A stretch of 29,042 nt of DNA from Octopus sinensis (lineage: Eukaryota): NCBI RefSeq assembly GCF_006345805.1, contig NW_021833186.1:1-29042 (forward strand), read 5' to 3'. A model generated the notes under the pieces. It worked only from the letters and a program-made list of their open reading frames with translations, was not told where the DNA came from and ran no database searches. The position numbers and the translations under genes were made by a program. Positions 12,433 to 21,734 of the stretch are shown piece after piece (within the stretch, counting starts at the first letter, position 1; every line of letters starts with the position of its first letter).

Positions 12433-13890
12433 ATGAACAAGAAGGACAACATGGTCAATTTTTTCGAGAAGGCTCTCCTAGAAGATCTTTACAAAAGCAA
12501 CGGCTCTGTTTATGACAACATTTTTCGAAACAAAAGCAGCGATTTCGAAAATGTAAACAATGAAAACCCTTTCGTGAGTGAATCAACGAAAAATGCGAGT
12601 ACAACAAGTAACAACAACACTAACAACAGCAGGAGCAGCAACACCAAAAACAACATCAGTGGCACCATCAACAACTAGAGCAAAAACAATAGCAAAGGTG
12701 ACAACAACAACAACAACAACACCAAAAGCAACAACAACGAGAAAAACAATGAAGGAACTGGGTACAAACCAGTGCAACGGCTTGGATTAGCTCTGCCAAA
12801 CTTTCTTTCGCTGGAGCAATAGGTCATCTCTTCGGAGAATACAATTCTCTGCAGAGGAACTTAAAAATGCTAGGCAGCTAGTCGAGAAACATAGAGTAGC
12901 TGTAAATCTAAATACCCCACACTGGGATAATCCAGGATATGATATACTGCAAAGTGACGTACCGTATAATCGGTTTAAAATCAAGGAGAGTGGAAAGAAC
13001 CAAATACAAAAAGCTTTATGTTCCCTCCGGAATCTAAAGGGATATATACTGAGAGGAAGGGCCTACGGAATGGTGAGCGTCCGATTCCGCACCGAGAAAG
13101 AAGCCAAACATGACTCTCTGAATTCCATCAAAAGCGAGGAGCTGTAGTTAGTTCCTTTCTACTGCGGTCAGAGACTGGCCAAACTCATCATTCAACAGAT
13201 GCTGCTAGAAATAGCCATTCCTTGGCTAATTGCTGCAGTGACGATGGATATCGAGGAAAATTCGAAAATCCTCGAAGCATATTAGACCAAAAGGGAGAAC
13301 TGGTCCGGGTGTCCATAGAACTCCTCATACAAATGATACAGAAGAGTGTAGATCTCATCCCGGACCAGATCCTTCTTCCTGGAGGCAGCATACTTCCAGT
13401 CAGGGTAGATGGAAGGAAAGCAACGTGCCACGTTGCTTTTCATGTAACCACTTAAGAGCCTTCTGTCCTAGACTGAAGGGAATAGACAGATGCGCACCTT
13501 TCCTTCCTACACCAACAACGGCCACCAGAACTTCATCAACAGCACCAGCAGCACCATCACCTTCAGCAGATTCAGTGACACCAACACAAACAGCCATACC
13601 AATACCGAGTTTTCCTAAACACCTCTCAGCGCCCGAAGAGTTTCCACTTCCCGATGCAGAGCGGGTAGACATCACGGGTGGAGACCCGGACACCGATGAG
13701 GAATGGAAATTGAAACTAGAAAAAAGAAAATGAAACAGAAAGAAAAGTAAGCATATGGACAAACAGCAACAAATTCATCCACACAATAAGTAGAAAGAAA
13801 CAAAAGAGCAAAAACAAATACACCCAAAACAAACACTGCATCGACACCGCCACATCTGAAACGTAAGCCATTCCACTCACGCAACCACGA
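12433..13890 (+). pseudogene. Decayed ORF1 of a Tx1/L1-clade LINE (Asn-rich N-terminus, RRM-like segment, CCHC zinc knuckle)
   Basis: Frame 12791-13144 is open for ~118 codons and includes GRAYGMVSVRFRTEKEA; VRVDGRKAT followed across a 1-nt frameshift by C-HR-C-FSCN-H-LRAF-C (CX2CX4HX4C) at ~13426-13466; several stops and frameshifts. Confidence 0.75.
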
Positions 13891-14537
13891 CAACAATAGT
13901 TACCACCATCAGCACCAGCGCCAGTACCACCACCACCACCACTACCACCACCAGCAGCAGCACCACCACCACCACCAGCACCACTACCACCACCACTACC
14001 ACCACCACCACTCCACCACCACCACTACCACCAGCAGCAGCACCACTACCACCACCACCACTACCACCACACCACCACCACCACCACCACCACCACCACC
14101 ACCACCACTACTACCACCACCACTACCACCACCAACACCCCACCACCACTACCACCACCACCACTACCACCAGCACCAGCACCACTACCACCACCACTAC
14201 CACCAGCAGCAGCACCACCACACCAGCACCACTACCGCCACCACCACCACCACCACCACTACCACCACCACACCTACCACCAGCACCAGCACCACTACCA
14301 CCACCACCACTACCAACACCACCACCACCAACCACTACCACCACACCAGCAACACCACCACCACCACCACCACCACCACCACACCACTACCACCAGCAGC
14401 AGCACCACCACCACCACCAGCACCACTACCACCACCACCACCACCACCACCACCACTACCACCACCAGCACACCACCACACACCACACCACACTACCACC
14501 ACCACCACTACCACACCACCACACCACCACACCACAC

Positions 14538-14568
<31 letters not shown>

Positions 14569-15290
14569 CCACCAACACCACCACCCCACAACACACCACC
14601 ACCACCACACCACCACCACTACCACCAGCACACCACCACCACACCACCACCACACCACCACCACTACCACAACCACCACCACCACCACCACACCACCACT
14701 ACCACCACCACCATCGCCAGTACCACCACCACACACCACCACCACCACTACCACCAGCAACCTACCACCACCACCACACCACCACCACCACCACCACCAC
14801 TACCACCACCACCACCACCACCACCACCACTACCACCACCACCACCACCACCACCACCACCACCACCACCACCACCACTACCACAAGCAGCAGCACCACC
14901 ACACCACCAGCACCACTACCACCACCACCACCACCACCCCACTACCACCAGCACCACCACCACCAGCACCACTACCACCCACCACCCCACCACCACTACC
15001 ACCACCACCACTACCACCACCAGCACCAGCACCACTACCACCACCACCAACCACCACCAACCACCACACCACCACTACCACCAAGCACCACTACCACCAG
15101 CACCACTACCACCAGCACCACTACCACCACCACCACCAACACCACACCACCACTACCACCAGCACCACTACCACCAGCACCACTACCACACCACCAACTA
15201 CCCCCACCACCACCACCACCACCCTACCACCACCAACCACTACTACCACCACCAACTACCACACCACCAACACCACCGCCACACAACAAC
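13890..15290. repeat. ~1.4-kb mosaic (ACC)n/(ACT)/(AGC) repeat inside the LINE ORF1 region
   Basis: Direct inspection. Confidence 0.95.
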
Positions 15291-15299
15291 AACAACGAC

Positions 15300-15565
15300 A
15301 TAAGTTAAAGACACTAACAATACAAACAACATGGCGATAACCAGAAAAATCAATGAATTAATGAAGCATATAATAACACAAACATTACACCTGAAGAATT
15401 TGTCACACCCACAATCTCCCTTCCTGGACACATACAAATCATTCAAGCAACACAAAACACATACACACACTTAAAAACCCAATTCCCACGGGAAATCGGA
15501 GATTTTCGAGGGAGTATCACGAAGAGAATTGTTGGTGATTTACTGTTAGTGTTTACACCCAAGCC
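15300..15565 (+). pseudogene. Probable C-terminal remnant of the Tx1-like ORF1 or inter-ORF region
   Basis: Open frame NITPEEFVTPTISLPGHIQIIQATQNTYTHLKTQFPREIGDFRGSITKRIVGDLLLVFTPKP that resumes at 15953 once the SINE and one TSD copy are removed. Confidence 0.45.
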
Positions 15566-15939
15566 GGAGGCGCAATGGCCCAGTGGTTAGGGCAGCGGAC
15601 TCGCGGTCATAGGATCGCGGTTTCGATTCCCAGACCGGGCGTTGTGAGTGTTTATTGAGCGAAAACACCTAAAGCTCCACGAGGCTCCGGCAGGGGATGG
15701 TGGTGATCCCTGCTGTACTCTTTCACCACAACATTCTCTCACTCTTACTTCCTATTTCTGTTGTACCTGTATTTCAAGGGGCCGGCCTTGTCACTCTCTG
15801 TGTCACGCTGAATATCCCCGATAAGGGTACACGTGTCTGTGGAGTGCTCAGCCACTTACACGTTAATTTCACGAGCAGGCTTTTCCGTTGATTCGGATCA
15901 ACCGGAACCCTCGTCGTCGTAACCGACGGAGTGCTTCCA
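15566..15939 (+). mobile_element. Young tRNA-headed SINE, family B, inserted in the LINE, with 13-bp TSD
   Basis: A box TGGCCCAGTGG, B box GGTTTCGATTCC; TSD TTACACCCAAGCC at 15553-15565 and 15940-15952; near-identical to 25042-25426. Confidence 0.92.
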
Positions 15940-16031
15940 TTACACCCAAGCCAACGGGAGGGACAGCAATCCGTCCCTCCAAACAAAACCAACTATGTGT
16001 TTCTTTTCTCTTCTTTTCTTTTACAGACAAC

Positions 16032-17378
16032 ATGGTCATGCGTAGAATAGACAGCGTGAATGTACGTGGCCTGAGATCACATTCGTAGAATGTACGTGGC
16101 GTGAGATCACCTTCGAAGAATGTACGTGACCTGAGATCACCTTCGAAGAATGTACGTGATCTGGGGTCGTCTTCGAAGAATGTACGTGGCCTGAGGTCGT
16201 CTACTCATGGGATTTCCGATCTATTTTCGGTGACTATGTGGTGTACGCATCTCCAAGTCGTCCGGAAGCGGGAGGCGGAGTCACCGTGATTGTTCGGAAA
16301 AATCTGGATCCTGCAATACAGACGACCTTCCTGGATCCGGAAGGTAAGTCGGTGGTTCTGGGTGTGACAAAGCGAAGGATATACTTTCAAGCGAGTTGCC
16401 GCTTATGCCCTGACAGGGGCAGAATGACCAGATTTCTTCAGACGTTTGGAAAATTTCCTGGGAACTCCCGCACTTTAGTGTTAGTGAGGAACTGGAATGG
16501 AGTTTTAGATGTAAGGTGGCAGTCTGTAGATTTAGCAGATAGGAGAGGAGGGTGCCAAAGCCTCGCATACCTTCAGACTATTCCAAATGTCTCACAGAAA
16601 TCGACTGGATTTATTGGATGTGTCAGTGTGGACCTGGTAGAGCAGCATTGGGTAATCCAGATCGTATCTAAATAGGGTATTTTGTAAAGTAGCGGATAAG
16701 AATAGCATAGGTTGTCTACAGTTTAAAGTAGTCGGCTACACAGACACAAATTCGTGATCTGCACAGTCGACTTAGATAGGTTTCATAGACAGGGACCCGG
16801 TTACTGGAAGCGGAACACGTCGTTGCTGGTGCGTAACGATTTCAGTGACCGGATTACTGAACTAGTTAAGGGGTCGTTGACGGGGGCAGAAATTAAGAAT
16901 AGATGGTGGTTCTCCCTGAAAAGGGCGATCAGATTATATTCGATAAGGTTTAGTAAAGGACTAGCAGTAGAAAGAAACAGAGTGGAAACAGAGCTAGTTA
17001 AGAGTTTAGACTAGGCTTTTTGGAAAAGGCATCGCGACCCACGTGCTCGCAGCGAGATTGGCACTAGACCAATTCTTAAATAAGGAACACGAAAGTTGCG
17101 TTGTCAAAGCAATGGCACGAGCACTTAAACACGAAGGGGCGAAAACTGTTGAAAGAGCCCGAGCGGAAATGGCACGGCGTGGCAATAAATCTATGATCCC
17201 ATCCTTGCCGAACCACGAAGAGTAAATGATAACTGATCCAAGACAGACATTTGTGGCCATTCTGTGGCGCTTCACTGAAATTTTCCGGAGCAGTAGTGAG
17301 CCAGGTCGTAGGATGGATTTCAAGTCCTACCTCAACGGGGTGTCGCAGCTATCGGCGGCGAAGGCAGGGAGCTGCAAA
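16032..17378 (+). pseudogene. Decayed ORF2 of a Tx1/L1-clade LINE: AP-endonuclease domain and linker; RT domain absent
   Basis: Motifs SVNVRGL, GGVTVIV, VAAYA..FFRRL, LVLV.NWNGVLD, SYLNRVF, a frameshifted TDH-KFV, and GYWKRNTSLL (16799-16828; GYWKLNTSLL is characteristic of L1/Tx1); many stops and frameshifts. Confidence 0.85.
16058..16204 (+). repeat. 30-bp tandem repeat, ~5 copies, of the NVRGLRS endonuclease-start codons
   Basis: GAATGTACGTG recurs at 16058, 16088, 16118, 16148 and 16178. Confidence 0.95.
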
Positions 17379-17379
17379 T

Positions 17380-17507
17380 GGCTGGAGGGTATATCAGCCG
17401 AAACGTGTTAACAACAAACAAGATGAGGACAAATATCCGTCAAAGGTAAGTAATATCAATGATGTAAATAATGCACATAATTCCTCATCTCTTAAATATA
17501 GAACTGT
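17380..17507 (+). mobile_element. 3' fragment of element E (Penelope-like tail with hammerhead stem II and GAAA)
   Basis: GGCTGGAGGGTATATCAGCCGAAACGTGTTAACAACAAACAAGATGAGGACAAATATCCGT matches 22548-22612. Confidence 0.8.
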
Positions 17508-18198
17508 ATTAAATTATTTAAGTTAATAATTAAATCAGAATGTGGTGCATCGGCAACAATTACTTCGTGAACGAAATATTCTGATCCTCCAATCTCACGA
17601 AAAAAATGACTGTAAGATTCAATTTAGATTTAATTCTTCGGTTGTCAATGTTACGTTTTTATATAATTCCAACTGTTTTTATTGTCTTCTGTTTTCGATG
17701 ACAGACGTTTTGTTGATCCCTTTTTATTAACTACTGTTGGGGAAAAATTTGGCAGAAGTTGGCAAAAATATTAGTGTGTCGGACAAAATATTCAGCGGTA
17801 TTTCCATTAGGTCTTACGGTGAAAAATCGGTAGGAATGGTTTGTGATAATTCTTATTGTATTTTTACATTCCGATTTCGTATCCTACCAACGTGAACTTT
17901 ATTTTTTTCGTCAGCTCAATGTCGATAAAATGACATATCGATACACGTTAGCATCGATGATTCTGAAATGTTATGTCAATATGAAATACTATCATCATCA
18001 TCATCATCATCATCGTCATTGCTATAAAACGATTGTGCTGTATTGTATGGCAATAAGATGCGTGAGGAGGTAGGATAGCCTATATTTTCTGGAGTAAAAA
18101 AGGGTTTCCATTATTCAAAGAACTATTGAATAATCTGAAAAAAATCGATAGACTTGTACCTAAATCAGAGTCCTTTGTTATGATTACTATATGTTTCC

Positions 18199-18199
<1 letters not shown>

Positions 18200-18246
<47 letters not shown>

Positions 18247-18312
18247 TATTATTATTATTGTTGTTGTTGTTGTTGTTATTATTATTATTATTATTATTAT
18301 GATTATTATTAT
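18200..18312. repeat. (TAT)n/(TGT)n microsatellite
   Basis: Direct inspection. Confidence 0.95.
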
Positions 18313-18885
18313 TAAGACGGGAGCTGGCAGAAACGTTAGCACGCGTAGCCGTATTTCGTCTGCCGTTACGTTCTGAGTTCAAATTCCGCCGAGGTCGACT
18401 TTGCCTTTCATCCTGTCGGGGGTCGATAAAGTAAGTACCAGTTACGCACTGGTGTCGATATAATCGACTTAATCCGTCTGTCTGTACTTGTTTGTGTCCT
18501 CTGTGTTTAGCGCCTTCTGGGTAGTAAAGAAATAGGTATTTCTTCTGTCGTTACGTTCTGATTTCAAATTCCGCCGAAGTCGACTTTGCCTTTCATCCTT
18601 TCGGAGGTCGATAAATTAAGTATCAGTTAAGCACTGGGGTCGATATAATCGACTTAATCCCGTCTGTCTATACTTGTTTGCCTCCTCTGTGTTTAGCCCC
18701 TTGTGGGTAGTAAAGAAATAGGTATTTCGCCCGTCAGTGTGTTTTGAGTTCAAATTCTGCTGAGGTCGACTTTGCCTTTCAGCCTTTCAGGGTCGACTAA
18801 ATAAGTAGCAGTTACGCATTGCGGTCGATATAATCGACATAATTCCTTCCCCCAAATTTGAAGGTTTGTGCTTCCAGTAGCATCG
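18313..18885 (+). mobile_element. SINE family D: one head plus three tandem body units
   Basis: GTATTTC unit starts at 18351, 18536 and 18722 (period 185-186); the head has a ~12-nt deletion; the third unit ends in a different tail. Confidence 0.9.
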
Positions 18886-18931
18886 ATTATTATTATTATT
18901 GTTGCTGTTGTTGTTGTTGTTATCATTATTA

Positions 18932-19324
18932 TATGTTTGACTTTTGCTTTGTACTTCTACAAATTGACTCGAAGTCTCACCCAGAGACCTCAAGAGACAA
19001 CATGTTAGAAGTTCATGTTGGTGTTATGCCTAGCGAATCATACATTTGGTTTTTCACATAGTATTGTTCTAGAGAAATTTAAAACATAAGAAAATTATGA
19101 GTTTGTTTCAAAATTTGAGATTACATAGACAGTATTTTACGTAGGATATAAACAGTTCCCATGACCACTATCTTTTGAATCTCTGCCATTTTGGGATTTC
19201 CTAGTATCTAAGCTAGGTAGGAATCAGCCCCTTTTGCTATCATTCCTAGGGCACCTATGAGAACAGGCATTGTTTCAATCTTCTATCATTTCTAGGGCAC
19301 CTACGACAAAAGGGATTGCTTTAG
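18932..19324 (-). mobile_element. Second 5'-truncated R4/Dong-like 3' end
   Basis: Colinear with 11548-11890 (AGTCTCACCCAGAGACCTCAAGAGACAACA, CAGTTCCCATGA.CACTATCTTTTGAAT, AATCAGCCCCTTTTGCTATCATTC); microsatellite on both sides. Confidence 0.8.
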
Positions 19325-19333
19325 TTATTATTA

Positions 19334-19388
<55 letters not shown>

Positions 19389-19389
19389 T

Positions 19390-19465
<76 letters not shown>
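19325..19465. repeat. (TAT)n microsatellite
   Basis: Direct inspection. Confidence 0.95.
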
Positions 19466-19466
<1 letters not shown>

Positions 19467-19478
19467 TCCGTCTTCACA

Positions 19479-19590
19479 TTCTCAGTTCAATTTACACCGG
19501 TGTCACCTTTTGCCTGTCATCCCATTGGGGCCGATAAAATTAGTACCATTTGAACTCTGGGGTCGATATAGTCGAATAACCACCTCTTCA
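19479..19590 (+). mobile_element. Degenerate SINE family D fragment
   Basis: TTCTCAGTTCAATT...TTTGCCTGTCATCC..GGGGCCGATAAAATTAGTACC...CTGGGGTCGATATAGTCGA. Confidence 0.65.
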
Positions 19591-20370
19591 TAAACAAAAT
19601 TTCTTAGACAAAATTTTCTTAGACAAAATTTTCAAACTCTTCATTGTTAAAAAAGGTTTGCAAAATCATATTTTGTGTTGAATATACAACCTACAAAAAT
19701 ATTGATAAGAAAGGGTTAACTTAATATGACGTTTCAACCCTCTCTATGGCAGTTCAGCGTTTATACAAAGTACTTCTTCATATTAGGAAGTAGACACAGC
19801 TGTGACCTTGTCGCTGACATAGTTATTCATTGCTAATTTATATCGACACTTCAGGCAATAAATGTACAGAAAATTTAAACGGCTTTGTGTATCGCTATGT
19901 CTACTAATCGGCCAGAAACCAAATCTAGTTCTATTATACGAACTCAATACTTTAAACAAATCTTAATTAAAACTTCAATGAACATTTTGGGCTAATTTAT
20001 GTTCCGAGTAGACAAATCAATGTTAAATTCCTTTTTCGTTTATATTTTAAGGTGTTAATATTTCCGTCGTGTATTTGCGAAGTGGTTACTGACAAAGTTC
20101 TATTGCAATGCTTAAATGTAAAAATTATTATCGTCGAGCAGAGCGGTGCTGTAGAATCGTTCTAGGGCCATAGCTTTGGGTTCCGTGAATCGGAAAACCG
20201 CTCTGCGGAGAAATTGATCCTATTTTTGTAGGTTTATATGCCTAAAAGGGCAAGTACAAATTTTATTCTGAAACAGAAAGTTATGGAGGGCCACGGGGTC
20301 ACTCACTGTCTGAGGGTACATCCAAATGCTGGTAGCTTAGAACATGGAGATGAAAGCCACAACCGTTAAA

Positions 20371-20450
20371 GCGGTGAGCTGGCAGAAACGTTAGCACCCC
20401 GGGCGAAATGCGTAGCCGTATTTCGTCTGCCGTTACGTTCTGAGTTAAAA
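20371..20450 (+). mobile_element. SINE family D head-only fragment
   Basis: GCGGTGAGCTGGCAGAAACGTTAGCACCCCGGGCGAAATGCGTAGCCGTATTTCGTCTGCCGTTACGTTCTGAGTT, then unrelated sequence. Confidence 0.85.
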
Positions 20451-20532
20451 GAAGCGCATTGTGATCAGCGATGTATAGCAACATCGAATACTCTAGTCGA
20501 TACCGTGATAGAGGATAATATATAATCCCCAA

Positions 20533-20774
20533 AACTCAAATACCTATTTCTTTACTACCCACAAGGGGCTAAACATAGAAGGGACAAACAAGGACAGACA
20601 AAGGGATTAAGTCGATTACATAGACCTCAGTGCGTAACTGGTACTTAATTTATCGACCCCGAAAGGATGAAAGGCAAAGTCGACCGTGGCAGAATTTGAA
20701 CTCAGAACGTAACGACAGACGAAATACGGCTACGCATTTCGCCCGGCGTGCTAACGCTTCTGCCAGCTCGCCGC
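20533..20774 (-). mobile_element. SINE family D, full unit plus the start of a second tandem unit
   Basis: Full-length match to the other D copies; the 3' end continues AAAGAAATAG|GTATTT, the same junction as in the tandem arrays. Confidence 0.9.
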
Positions 20775-21252
20775 TCATCGTACAATCCCATATTTCCCCT
20801 CAAGTATAACATCGGCATAGTGGTGAAGACTTGAAAATTCAAGAGGGCGTGGAGTTTGTCGTATTCTTGCCAAAATTTAAAGCATTACAAAAAACAATGG
20901 AGGCTTACAAATAGATGACTAATTCACTATGATGCCACCGTGGACATATACAAATTTATATTTATTGTTCTATTTGGTTAAACCCATTAATTAGCGTGGA
21001 GCTATTTTCTCATAAAGATAAATTTGTGTCTTGGCTAAATTTTTAAGATAATCACGTCTAAAATATGTGTTTACTAATTATACACAAAACGCTCTTAGTC
21101 AGGTTAATAAGCTTACACTTGCGGTCAACTAGATAATTATCCTTGTGATCTTTAAACCTAATATGGGATTTATGTGCTGCTAAATCTTCGGTACTGTTAT
21201 TTGGTTTAAGTTTTATAGCTCACGTTCGAGCTTCTTTATTAATTTTCGGATA

Positions 21253-21667
21253 GGCGGCGAGCTGGCAGACACGTTAGCGCGCCGAGTGAAATGCTTAGCG
21301 GTATTTCGTCTGTCGTTACGTTCTGAGTTCAAATTCCGCCGAGGTCAACTTTGCCTTTCATCATTTCGGGGTCGATAAATTAAGTACCAGTTTCGCACTG
21401 GGGGCGATGTAATCGACTTAATACCTATGTCTGTCCTTGTTTGTCCCCTCTGTGTTTAGCCCCTTGTGGGTAATAAAGAAATAGGTATTTCGTCTGTCGT
21501 TACGTTCTGAGTTCAAATTCCGCCGAGGTCGACTTTGCCTTTCATCCTTTCGGGGTCGATAAATAAAGTACCAGTTTCGCACTGGGGGCGATGTAATCGA
21601 CTCAATACCTTCGTCTGTCCTTGTTTGTCCCCTCTATGTTTAGCCCCTTCTGGGCAGTAAAGAAATA
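21253..21667 (+). mobile_element. SINE family D: head plus two tandem body units inside a single 16-bp TSD
   Basis: Units start at 21301 and 21485 (period 184); TSD TATTAATTTTCGGATA at 21237-21252 and 21668-21683. Confidence 0.92.
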
Positions 21668-21734
21668 TATTAATTTTCGGATAAGTAACAACGTTTTCCT
21701 TTCTCTATGTAAACTCTGGTTCTTTATCGGTTAT

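Noticed and set aside
16058-16204. Regularly spaced 30-bp repeats superficially like a CRISPR array
   Set aside because: Contiguous tandem units without unique spacers, inside a eukaryotic LINE ORF.
18351-18720. Ribozyme search in the SINE D tandem unit (retrozyme hypothesis)
   Set aside because: No CUGANGA plus GAAA arrangement with stems seen on either strand by eye; other ribozyme classes were not excluded.
19594-19634. Short triple repeat ACAAAATTTTCTTAG
   Set aside because: Ordinary local slippage duplication.
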